This document shows positions 38,407 to 50,000 of a stretch of DNA of 64,000 bases, piece by piece. This stretch comes from Euglena gracilis (Eukaryota), in contig CP154954.1 in assembly GCA_039621445.1 (NCBI GenBank), positions 23,138,954 through 23,202,953 of the forward strand. The letters are read 5' to 3'. The position numbers and the translations under genes were made by a program. Positions within the stretch are counted from its first letter, which is position 1; each line of letters opens with the position of its first letter. The notes under the pieces were generated by a model. The model saw only the letters and a list, made by a program, of their open reading frames with translations. It was not told the origin of the DNA and made no database searches.

Positions 38407-40429
38407 GGTGGAAGCGGGGGGAAGTTGGGTGAGGGGATTGTGGTGGTGGCGGAGCACCCCTACGTCCCTTGCCCTGATTCTGATTTCATTTGTGTCTTCG
38501 CAGGTTCAATTTTAACTTCAGATTTCAAACGCCCGTGTCCGCCCCTTGGCTACGGGCGTGGGGGCCCTGGCCAGAAGCCGGGGGCCTGGTGGCCCCTCTC
38601 CGGGAAACAGGATGCCCAGGCGAGGCGAGGAGGCCACACGAGTGCAGGGGGGGGCTCCCATTCCCAAGGGCCCCTGGAGGCGCCCCCCCCCCCCAGGGCT
38701 GGCCTCGCCCAACACCCGCGGCCACAGAGCGCCCACCCAGGGCGAGCGCCCCCCGGCGCCCACTCGCCGCACGTGGTCAGCCCCGCACGGTGCGGCACCC
38801 GGGCGCCGAGGAGGCCCACGAGGCCGCTAGGACCCAAGGGGGGGGCCTCGAGCCCCTGCATTCTTTCAGTTGTGCCCTTCACATCACTGGTTTGATTTCT
38901 TTTTCGAATTCAGTTTTGAATTTTGGAGGGGCCCCGCCAAGGCGGCGCCGGGGGTGGGGGGGCTGACGGCAGTCATCCACACCCCTCCTCGGCCCACCAT
39001 CCGTGGGAGGGGGGGGGCGCCTGCCCATCTTATACCCTCTTTAAAAAAATACACCCCGTCGGCCAGTTTTTGAAGTTAACCACGCCGGGGGGGGGCAAGC
39101 GCCAGCCCCACTCCACACCGGAGGGAGCGGGGGGGGGCAGCCCCCCTCTCAAGAGGACGGGCCCCGGCCAAGGTGGCCCAGCACACAACGCGGGGGGGGG
39201 GGGAGGGGCAGCCCCCACCCCCTCCACGGGGGGGGCAGACCCTCCTCCAAGGAACGGGCCAAACCGAAGGCGCCTGCCCGGCGCCCCCTCCCGCACGCAC
39301 CCCTGCCAAGCCCCCGGGGGCCTTTGGCCCCGGGGTACCGGGCAAGGCGGGGCGGCCCTGCTGGGTTGGTCAAATGTTTCCTTCCCAACATGCAGAAGCT
39401 TTCCACCCCGGGCCAAGGGGGCCTGGGAGGAATCACAATTATACATTGGCATCGAGTGTTTCGGGGGGGGGCAGTCCGCCCCTACCCATGGGCCAAGAAG
39501 GCTCACGGGACCGAAGGGGGAGCGGAGGGGGCCCCAGGCGGTGCCTCCCCTGGTCACGGGCCCGGAGGCGCCCGTCCCCATTCTCGCCCCTCCCCCGTAC
39601 TCCCCCCCGGACAGCACGTGCCGCACACGGCACGTGGCGCCACCGCTTGTGCGTTTCAACAAGAAAAAAATACAAGTTTTTTCAGAGGCGGGAAAGCAAA
39701 AGGGGGGGGGGGCGGCACCTCGGACCGGCAAAGGAGTCGAAATTAAATTGAACGGCAATTTTTTTGAGGAGGGGAGTGAGCGCGGTCCGAGGGTGCCCGC
39801 CCCAAGGGGGGGTCCCAAGGCGGCCAAAGGAGACACGAAGGGCCGCAAGGGGGCTCCAAGGCCCCCCAGGGCCTATCGAGGCCCCACTGGCCCCCAAGGG
39901 GGCCCCACAGCCCACCTTGACCAAGCCAAGGGAAGGTAAACGAGGGGGCAGGTTGAGGGGGCCATCAGGCAAGCCCCAAGGGGATGCACAAGCCCTGCTG
40001 GGCTTTGAACAAGCATGCGCACCCCCTTGGTGGGCGCTTGGGATGGCACAATTCATTAAGAATTGCGCAGAGGATACCAAGTAGCCCCCCCAGCTGTAGC
40101 CCTCCTCCAATTGTACAACTTTCTGTTCACGGCGCTCTGTTCACATACTGTTCTTTGTTTGGCATTCAATTGTGTTTTTGCATTTGCAACAATCAAACAA
40201 GTTCAAGCAAACAAGTTCAAGTCATTGATTATTATTTGATTATTCATTCAAATTCACTTGATTGGACCTCAAAAGTATGCCATATCCCCATTTTTCCACA
40301 TCGTCATCCTCACCAACACAAACACCTACCCCACTTTTTCACCAAGGGGAAAACCTCCATACTGGCACCAGATCAAAGTCACCACGAGAATACTCTTGAT
40401 AGTACTACCACTGGCGGATGGTGTAAAAT

Positions 40430-42270
40430 TCGGCATTTCGCTCAAAAACGCTTTTTTTGATGTTGTGAAGTGAAAAAAGTCTTTTTGAGCGAAAAATAAA
40501 ATTTAAATTTTTGGGTCCCGACCGGCCTCCCTCCCGACACCTCCTCGGCTAGCCGTACTCGAACCCCTCTTTTCGACCGCCAGCATCCTATTTTTAGGCC
40601 GCCAAATCATTGACTCTGGGTCGTAACTGGGCGAAAAAAGTCGAACGGGTCGAAAGAAGTTTGCCAAAAAAGATCTTTTTTGGCCTCTCTGACCCAGAAA
40701 AACTGTTTTTGAGCCGTTTTTTTGGGGTTCCCATGGCCTGGATGTGCGACTTTGGGCCAGTTTTGGGTATTCGGGGACCCCTGCGACTCACATTTTGGCT
40801 CGACCACACCATTGATAGGTCCGGGAGGCCAAAATACATCGTTTTTGGCAAAAAAAAATCCATTTTCGACTTGTTCGCCCCCGACGTAACCCAAAGTCAA
40901 TGAGTTGGCGGCCCAAAACGCGGCGCAAGCAGGTCGAAAAACGCTCTTTTTTGGCTCGAGAACAATTTTTCCGGTCTGGAAGGCCAAAAAACATGGATTT
41001 GGGCAAAAAAAGTTTAACCTTTTTTTTAACCAAAAAATGGCTAAGTCCACCGGCCAGGAGGGGGGTCATGGGTGGCCGGGCGGGAAATTTTTTTTCGCTC
41101 AAAAACAGTTTATTTGATGTTCTGAAGTGAAAAAAAAATTTTTTTTGTGCGAAAAAATCTTTTTCAAAATTTTAATTCCCCACCTGCCTCCCGCCCCGAC
41201 CCCCCGTCGGGCAGCCGCCCTCGAAGCCCCAACAGGGTCCCCGAACAAGCAAAACTGTCCCAAAATCGCGCAACAAGGCACCGAAAACACCCCCCAAAAA
41301 ACGACTAAAAAGCAGTTTTTTTTGGAGGACAAAAAATCGTCATGGGCAAAAATTTTTTTCGACTTTTTCGCCGCTTTTGGCCCAGTTACGACAAACGTCA
41401 ATGAGCTGGCGCGCTGGCGGTCGAAAAACGCTCGTTTTTGTCTCGACAAACATTTTGATGGGTCCGGGAGGCCAAAAAAAAAACATGGATTTGAGCAAAA
41501 GTAGCCTTTTCTGAAAGGCCCGGGTCCGAATTTTTTTTCGCTCAAAAAACACTTTTTTTGGTGTTCTGAAATAAAAAAAGTGTTTTTGAGCCAAAAAAAA
41601 TCAAAATTCTGGGTCCCGAACTGCCTCCCTCCCGACCACTCCTCGGCCAACCGTCCTCGAACCCCTCGCAGGGTGCCCGAATATCCAAAACTGGCCCAAA
41701 AACCACAACCAGGCCCCGGGAACCCCCCAAAAAACGGCACAAAAACACTTTTTTGGAGGCCAAAAAATTGTTTTAGGCAAATTTTATTTTTCGACGTTTT
41801 CGACTTTTTTTGGCCCAGTATTGAGTTGGCGGCCAACGTCAATGAGTTGGAGGAAAACGTAAGGCGCTGGCGGTCGAAAAGTGCTCATTTTTGGCTCAAA
41901 AGCACTTTTGATGGGGTCGGGAGGCCAAAATACATGGTTTTGGGCAAAAAAGTGTTCGATTTTTTCATACTTTTTTTGGCCCGGATTTGGCCCAAAGCCA
42001 ATGCGTTGGCGGTCCAAAACGGGGCGCAGGCAGGTCGAAAAATGCTCATTTTTGGCTCGAAAACAATTTTTCGCTCAACAACTCCTTTTTCAGTGTTCTG
42101 AACTGAAAAAAAGTGTTTTTGAGTGGAAAAAATACAACATTTTTGGTCCCGACCTGCCTCCCGACCCCCCCTCAGCCAGCCGGCCTCGAACCCCCGCAGG
42201 GGTCCCCAAATACCCAAAAAATGGCCCAGAAACACACCACCAGGCCAGGGGAACCCCCAAAAAAGTCAAA
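40430..42270. repeat. Degenerate satellite-like tandem repeat, about 4 units of ~440-660 bp
   Basis: Anchor CGCTCAAAAA..TGTTCTGAA..GGTCCCGA..CTCGAACCC recurs at ~40439, 41097, 41539 and 42072. Sub-motifs CGTCAATGAG(T)TGGCG and GGTCGAAAA. Confidence 0.85.
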
Positions 42271-42330
42271 ACCTCCCCTAAACCTATGATTGATCCCATG
42301 GTTTGGGTCCCAACAACCCCACTGTGCCAT

Positions 42331-42692
42331 TGAAACATGTCCCTACCTTTCAGATAAATTAGGACTGAGCGCGCGCGCTGCACACTGCAAATTCTGTTTT
42401 TTCTGTTCAGTCGAACCTCATGAGTTGATTGCTGGGCCGTTGGGTCGTGGCCCCCTGGCATACACCTGTACCATGGGACTGACTGGGGATTTGGAGATTT
42501 GAGTTTTGTGCTGTGGCGGAAGTTGGAAAAATGGAAGTGGAAGTTGCCTGCCAATGGGTAAGAAAGCAAAGCCCAAGGCAAAGGCAAAACACAAGGCGAA
42601 GCCGAAGCCAGCCAAACAGGGGGCCCGGAATCGGGCAGCAGAAAAGGTGTGGATTGCGAAGAGAGCCCCACCCCGGTGCCGCCCCTGTTACA
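42331..42692 (+). repeat. ~360-bp direct repeat, copy 1 (LTR-like)
   Basis: ACATGTCCCTACCTTTCAGATAAATTAGG...GCCCCTGTT matches 45181-45537. Confidence 0.92.
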
Positions 42693-43795
42693 CAATCCAC
42701 TCATTTGTGACGACCAGTCAGATGACACAGTGGAGCATGCTGGACTGATGCATGCAACAGTGAGACATTCTGGTGCTGGAAATGGTCAAAATGTTCAAAA
42801 TGTACATTCTGGTCATTTGGGCCATCAGATGCACATGTGGTGCATGCTGCAGGTGTCGCATATGCACATGGGGTGCATGCTGCAGATTCCTCAGGTGCAC
42901 ATGGGGTGCAGGCTGCAGATGGCCCACATGGACATGGGGTGCAGCATGGGGTTGGCCTGGCTGGAGATGCAGATGACAGAGGTGTGCATGCAGTGGCGGC
43001 CAGGTCAGGGCAGAGGGTGGATGCCCTGGCCCGGCATGCTGAAGTTGGGCATGAGGGAGGCACGAACCGGCCCTGTACAACCGCTCAGGGTTTGGCCACT
43101 CAGAAAGCCGGCTGTGCTTCGGCCGCCGAGAAAGGGTCCCCCAGCAGAGCTTCGGCCGCTGTGGGTACATGCAGCATTGAGCGTGAAGGCATTGCGCATT
43201 ACGACATTGGGCATTCCGACATCGAGGATGACGGCATTGGGATTGTCGACATCGAGGATGACGGCATGGGACATGCAGCTGCAGACCCCAACAGTGCTCC
43301 GGCCGTTGGGGCGATGGAGATCCAAACCGCCAGCCGCGCTGCGGCCGCTGGGGTCCCTGAGTTCTCCAATGTGGGCGATGGTGATGTACCGATGGAGATC
43401 CAAACCCCCAGCTGTGCTTCGGCCGCGGGGGTCCCTGAGTTCTCCGTCTTGGCGGTGATTGGGATCCCGCCTGGAGAAGGACGGAAGTGTGATGGATTTT
43501 TGCTGGGCTGATCTTGGATGCCACTGTGGGATGAGTGGCGCCCAGCCCGATCTGGGAGACCAAGACATCTCCGAAGGAACAGCTTGAAGTAGTGCATCGT
43601 CGCCGAGGGCGGAGGCTCCGCCGGCAGCAGTGGACGAGTCCATAGCGGAGTCTCGACGACTGGCCGTCCGGTACGAGCGAGAAGCCCGAGTTCGACACTG
43701 GGATGCGCTGTCGGAGATGAGGCCGCTGACGGAGACGGAGAAGCGAAAGAGGCGGAAGGACCGCCTGCTCCACCACCAGGGACGGTGGGAGTGAG
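42649..43795 (+). other. Degenerate low-complexity ORF region with internal peptide repeats; product unknown
   Basis: ORF 42837-43511 has HGV(H/Q)AAD, DIEDDG and MEIQT..AAGVPEFS repeats. Confidence 0.35.
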
Positions 43796-43892
43796 GAGGA
43801 GTGGCCGAACCGAAGAGGCGCCCCGGGTAACGGGCGAAGAGTCGGCCCCGCCAGCCCTCCTGTTTAGAGTTGGCCTGCATTTTGGGTTCCCC

Positions 43893-44443
43893 TCCTGGTG
43901 GGTTACGACCCCAGGTTGGGGGTGACGCCGGTTTTGGGGATTTACGAGTGACAAATGGCCCATCTGGAGCGTTTCGACCCCAGGTGTGGGGGGTAGATAT
44001 ATATCGTTTTCTGACTGAGATGACCCATCTGGTGTGTTTCGACCCCAGGTGGGGGGGTACATATTTCGTATGTTGAATGTGATAAATGACCCATCTGGTG
44101 TGTTTCGACACAGGTGGGGGGCACATTACTGTTTCCGGCATGAGATGAGATGACCCATCTGGTGTGTTTCGCCCCCAGGTGGGGGGGTACATTACAGTTT
44201 TCGGAATGAGATGAGATGAACCATCTGGTGTGTTTCGACCCCAGGTTGGGGGGCACATTACCGTTTTCGGAGTGAGATGAGATGAGATGACCCATCAGGT
44301 GTGTTTCGACCCCAGGTGGGGGGTACATTACCGTTTTGGGAAGGTGCTGAAATGACCCATCTGGTGTGTTTCGACCCCAGGTGGGGGGGTACATTACCGT
44401 TTTTTGACCCCTGTTTGACCCCTGGTGAGTTACGACCCCAAGG
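43893..44443. repeat. Minisatellite, 7 units of ~63-71 bp with core TGACCCATCTGGTGTGTTTCGACCCCAGGTGGGGG
   Basis: Cores at ~43956, 44021, 44088, 44151, 44217, 44288 and 44353, flanked by two GTTACGACCCCA variants. Confidence 0.93.
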
Positions 44444-45177
44444 GACGCCTGGCCCGGTGACATTGTTGGTTTGATGGTCGATGGTGTCCCGTCCTCACCC
44501 TCGGCTGTAATGCCCTGGAGGGAATTGAGGCCTGCCCTGGGAGTGGTGGGTTTGCTTTGACTGTTCACGTTTCGACATTGGACATTTCCATATTTTGACG
44601 TCAGACCACGATCGTTGCCTTATCGCCTTTGTTTTTCAGCCTGGATCCAGTGCGTCTCGACCCTGGGGGTGGAAAGCTTTGAGTTTCGGAGAGAGTGCGG
44701 GAGTTTTTTTGTGGGTTAATGGCTCCAGGCCCCTCACCCGCCGAGTTTCGACCGCGGGGGGGGAGGGTATTTCCAGTTTTGAGTTTTTTTTCAGAGAATT
44801 CCGACCCGGACCCCTCACCCGCCGAGGTTCGACCGCGGGGGGTGGGCAGCCTTCTTTTTGATGATGCTCGGTTTGGAGTTTTTTATTCTAATTCCATTCA
44901 TGGAGGGTTTTGGGCTTGAGCCCCCACCCGCTGAGTTTCGACCGCGGGGGGGGGGGGGTCGTTTTCAGTTTTGGGAGGTGCAAGGCCCTGGGGCCCACGC
45001 CCGCCGGTTTCGACGGCGGGGGGGGGAGCAGATTTATGGTTACGGTGTGCTTCGGCCCCGGAGGCCCCCCCGTTGAGTTTCGACCACGGGGTGGAGGGGG
45101 TGGAGGAGGACATGTCCAACGACCAAGGGAGTCGAGTATGGAGACTGGGTGTCCTTTTGGTAAGGGGAGTGTGGCTT

Positions 45178-45537
45178 TGGACATGTCCCTACCTTTCAGA
45201 TAAATTAGGACTGAGCGCGCGCGCTGCACACTGTAAATTCTTTTTTTTGTTCAGTCAAATCTCATGAGTTGATTGCTGGGCCGTTGGGTCGTGGCCCCCT
45301 GGCATATACCTGTACCATGGGACTGACTGGGTTTTTGGAGATTTGAGTTTTGTGCTGTGGCGGAAGTTGGAAAAATTGAAGTGGAAGTTGCCTGCCAATG
45401 GGTAGGAAAGCAAAGCCCAAGGCAAAGGCAAAACCCAAGGCGAAGCCGAAGCCAGCCAAACAGGGGGCCCGGGGTTGGGCGGCAGAAAAGGTGTGGATTG
45501 CGAAGAGAGCCCGCACCCCGGCGCCGCCCCTGTTTCA
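45178..45537 (+). repeat. ~360-bp direct repeat, copy 2
   Basis: Matches 42331-42692. Confidence 0.92.
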
Positions 45538-47061
45538 GATTGGGGATGTTCTAATGGGGATTGGTCACCAACGTGAGCAGTATCTCGAGTCCCTCTTAAG
45601 CAACAACCATTGGGCTGAAGAGCCCCAGGTAGTCTTGAGATATCACATGCTCGGCATTAGGATTAACGTATTTTTGGAAGGAGTTGATCATTGGCGACTC
45701 CTCCGGCCACACTCCAGCGTCACGCGGAACAAGAAACCCGGCGGGCGCTGCAGAAGTTAATGGGAGCGGTGGGTGTCGCTTTCGGACTTTGCACCGTCTC
45801 CGGAAGGAGCAGGGAACGAACTGCGGCACGCTCGCCATCCTCGGCGTCCCGCGCAATGTGGCCGCCTGCTGGCTGCGGGGAAGTGGCTGTGGCTTTGTTT
45901 TCGTGAGGCCGTTCTTCACGAAGGACAGCAGCCAGGAGTTTGTGCGCCACAAGTCCAACCTGGTACTGCCTCCCACAGGCTCCCTTGTTTCAATGGATGA
46001 AATCTCAATTGTGCGTTAGAGTTGCAACATTCAAGTGCAACCGTTCAACCTCAATCAATGACAAAGAAGTCAAAGAATACAAGGAAAACTGCCCAAAGTG
46101 AAAGCAAATATCAAAGACATCAAAGAAAACTCAAGGAATTGGCTTGCCACGAGCGCAAGAAGGCAAATTCAAAGGTAACAGCTGAATTAGCCGGGGTAAG
46201 TCGCTATCAGGGGGGGAAGCCCCCCCTGAAAGCTCCTAGAATCCAGATTTTACGCCATCCCTCTGCCCCCCTCAATTTCCTCCCTCTATGCGAGGGCCAA
46301 CGATAAGCGGCTCCGCAGGCCCCCAGAGGCATCGCAGGAGGCATCCCCTCCACTCCGCCGCCAGGAACAATCAAAAATGGATTCCAACCCCTTCCAGGCA
46401 CACTCGGAGCTGTCCAGGGCCTCCGTGGAGGCCTAGCCCACCCGCGAAACCCCGCTCGCCGGATGCAGCGCGACCGGGAACCCCGCCTGGGAAACTGGTT
46501 GCGGAGGCGTACCATCCTACACCACGCTGCAACCCATTCATCACGACCAACTCCGAGGTGAACCAGCAGATCAGCGGCCGAGGCCGAGCACTCGGCTGCC
46601 ATATCCCAGCGGTGCACGCAATCCTGTACGGCGGCCTCCTGTCAAATATCCGTGATAACCACCACGGGTATGCCCAGTGCACTGCCCTAGCCCTGCTGTC
46701 CCCAAGTACAAATGATTTTGGTCTCAGCAGCCCTTGGGATTGAACCCGCACTCCTCGGAAAGGAAAGCCAACCGGGAATCCCTTTATGTCCCCGTTCCCA
46801 CCGCTCGATGAAGCATCAGTGCTGCCTCTGCCCTTCTCCCCACAGACTCCGAACCAAACGATGCCTCCATCTTCTCCATCTGTCCCCCACCCTGCTCCTC
46901 CTACGCCAAGCAACCCCCATTCTTCAGCCCTGATCACCCATTCTGTTCCTCCCTGACTTCCGACGTCCCGAACCCAACCGATAGACCGCAGCCCGCTCCC
47001 CCCCAAAGGGAGCCGAGACACATAGCTACGGACCGCGTTCTCCTCTTGGGCCACTACTTGG

Positions 47062-50000
47062 TGTTGGGGGATAGGGACCATCGACTCCCGGGGGGGCTGC
47101 TTTCGCTGGGTCCGCAACCACCGTTTTCCGGTTCTGCTCGGCTCAGGCCATGGCCTTTGTGAAATTGGGCCCCGTTTTCAAGCGTGCCAGCCAGCGGCAA
47201 TGGCGGTGAGGTGTGCCCCCCCGACTCGAGGTCCCCAGTTGCCCCGCGTAGAATCTTTTTTTCCCTCAACTGTTGGGTTTTCCCCATTTTCCAACTTTGA
47301 ACTTTCAGGTGAATCCACAAAGACAAATCAACCCACCTACTTAGGTGAACAAATGAACGGCACAAAACAAACCTTGCTGAGAGGATAGGCAAGTACCTTG
47401 AGTTCACCTGATGTGCAGGTGAACTCAAGAAGTTGAAAAGCAATGCCTTGTTTTTTTGGATATTTTGAATTCTCCTTTTGAGTTTTCTATTCTCAATTGA
47501 TTTTTCTACTTCTGTGATTCTCAAGTGACCTTTCTCAACTCAATTAGCTTGGGTTCCAATTCCACTCGCGTGGCGGTTGACTTGCTTTTGTTATTCGTAT
47601 TGGGGGTTTTTGGGAATTTTCTGGGAAAATTTTGGCTGCAGACGCCAGCGGTAGCCGACACCCCCTCCATTGCGACGTTACTCGGACCAGTTTTCGGCCC
47701 CCCCCTCCCCGAGCAAAAACGGGGAGAGAGAATTTTTTTTGTGGGATGCGAACGTTCCGTTTTTTTTTTTTTTTTAGAACGGGTCCTGTCGGATTTTATT
47801 TTTGGAAAATGCGTGTTACGAGTCTGACCCCCCCGCCGTAATATAGGGCAGCTTGGGGGACTCTGAAAAATCAGGTCCTCTGGTTGAAGCCCCTCAACCC
47901 CTTTCCTCCGAAAAGCATGTGGAACGGGTCTTTGAACATAAAAACTGAGCAAAACCAAATGGGCACTCTACCCCAAGGCCTAAGTCCCACGCTGCCCACC
48001 TTGATCAAAATTGTTTGTTCATTTTTTTCGCAGCTTTCGTTTTGCGAGACTTCATTCAGTTTCGTTTTTTTTTAAAAAAACAAATCAGGGGCTTTGGCCA
48101 ATAGTGCCGCAGAAAACAAACTGTGAAAAAAAGGAAAAACAGAAACCAGGTCATTTCTTTCCGATTCTGGGCAGAAAAGGTAAAACGGTGAGGGTAGGAA
48201 AAAGTAAACGGTGAGGCGCAAAGGTAGGATGGTTAATTGGGGGAATAGTGTACAGATGGGTGTATGGGTTCGTGTGCGGTTGTGTGTTCTGTGTATGTGC
48301 ACGCTCACTTCCTTGTCATGCATTCCAACTTAAAATGACTGGGTCGTTTTTTTTTGAACGCAAAGAGCACAGGGCTTCACACTGGCCCTCAGCCACTATA
48401 TCAAAAGGCTTTAGTGCCCACGTGGCTGGGATGTTTTTTGATTTGCCGACACCAGGGCCTATGGACGGGGGAGGGGTCATCTCCAATCCACGGTCCCCCC
48501 CCGAGTTTGGAGGCCTCCAAGCTGTGTTCCATGAAAAAAAAGCCTTTCACAAATAGTCACAATCGAAACCGCATCAAAAAACCTGAGTTCTAAAATGCAT
48601 CTCGTTTTCTCGTCAAAATCCCAGATTCTTCAAACTCTTTGAATAAAAATCCTCCAGCAACAAAAAATAATCAAAAAAATCAAAAAGAGTTTGGGCCCAA
48701 CCCACAAATCCAATGCCTACAAAAGCCCTCAGCAAAATCCAATCGAGAATTCTAACCTGCCACATATAAAAAACTAAGTCCAACCGAGAGCAACCAACCC
48801 AACAAAAGCAACCTCCAGCAGCATACCGAGGGGTCACGCCAATCAAGCCCAACCTTGGGTCCAACCCACTCACTGGAGCTGTAAAACCAACACATTTGGC
48901 TTGCCAATTAAAATTCACTGCCTCCCCCAGTCACACGTGGCAATGGGGGTCAAATAAAATGGCCAAATCAAAAATACTGAAAATTCATATCCAATTTTCT
49001 CAGCCAAGGCGATTTTTCGCTGCCCCCCCCCCCTAGCAAAGGTAGGGAGGGGGCTTCAAACAAAAAAAATCATAAACCTGTGCCGTAATGTCCCAACCGG
49101 CTGACATCAAACTTAAATTCACCACCTGTGAAACGATGGGTCTTCGCAATGCCCCTCTCCCACCGTCAACCAATTCGGGGAGGGCCACGTGTTTAAAATT
49201 ATTGGCTCTAAAACCGGAATCCCCATTTTACAAAAAGAAAATGTAAAAATGGAAATTTCATCAAACCCCGACACATCTGCGGTATGACAGAAACAATCAC
49301 GGTCACAATATGATGCATTCCTGTCCCCACCCAAACGTCTCACAGGGGTATCCAAAATTCTGTGTTGCCAAAAATTCCAACCGTGTGGTGCCAGTGGTGA
49401 ATTTGTGCGTGTGCGCGACCTCGTCATGCAGGGTTTCGAAGGATCAAAGCAGTTAATTATCGGGGACGTTGGTTGACTTCAAAAATTTCAACATGACTCC
49501 AAAGAATGGAGATGACATTTCAATGAGCTGGAGATCAGATTCCAATGACATCAATGGAACCAAGCAAATGAACCAAACTGCCATTGCGTTGCAAACTATG
49601 GTGGATTTATTTGTTTTACTCAAGCGCTTGCAGTGGCAATTAAGGCTGACCTCTCCGAACCTGGGACTTTGGGCCCGATGCATGGCCAAAGCACAGGATC
49701 ATCAGTCTGGTTGGCAGCTCCCGTGGTGCCAGGGGTTGAGATTCAATTTGCTTGCTTCCGAGATTGCACTTGGTTTATTCCTCCCCCCTCGTGCAGCTGG
49801 GGGGGTGTGTGTGTGTTGCCGAGGGCAGGTCTCTAAATTTCCTCAACTCTCAACTCTGAACCAAAAACGGCAATTAAAATCTGATCTTTATCCATCAAAT
49901 GGGTGACAAGAAAATTGTGTAAGCAGCGCCAAACCGTAAAAAATGGCCTCAGGAATTTTGCATTGTGAGGCGTCCCCCACTTCTGTGGTTCGCTCCCTCA

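Noticed and set aside
38425-39939. Many overlapping long G/P/R-rich ORFs
   Set aside because: Expected in very GC-rich sequence with few stop codons; no domain motifs.
43950-44400. CRISPR-like repeat/spacer appearance
   Set aside because: The linkers are related to each other (ACATTAC.GTTTT…GAGATGA), there are no cas genes, and the context is eukaryotic TE sequence. It is a minisatellite.
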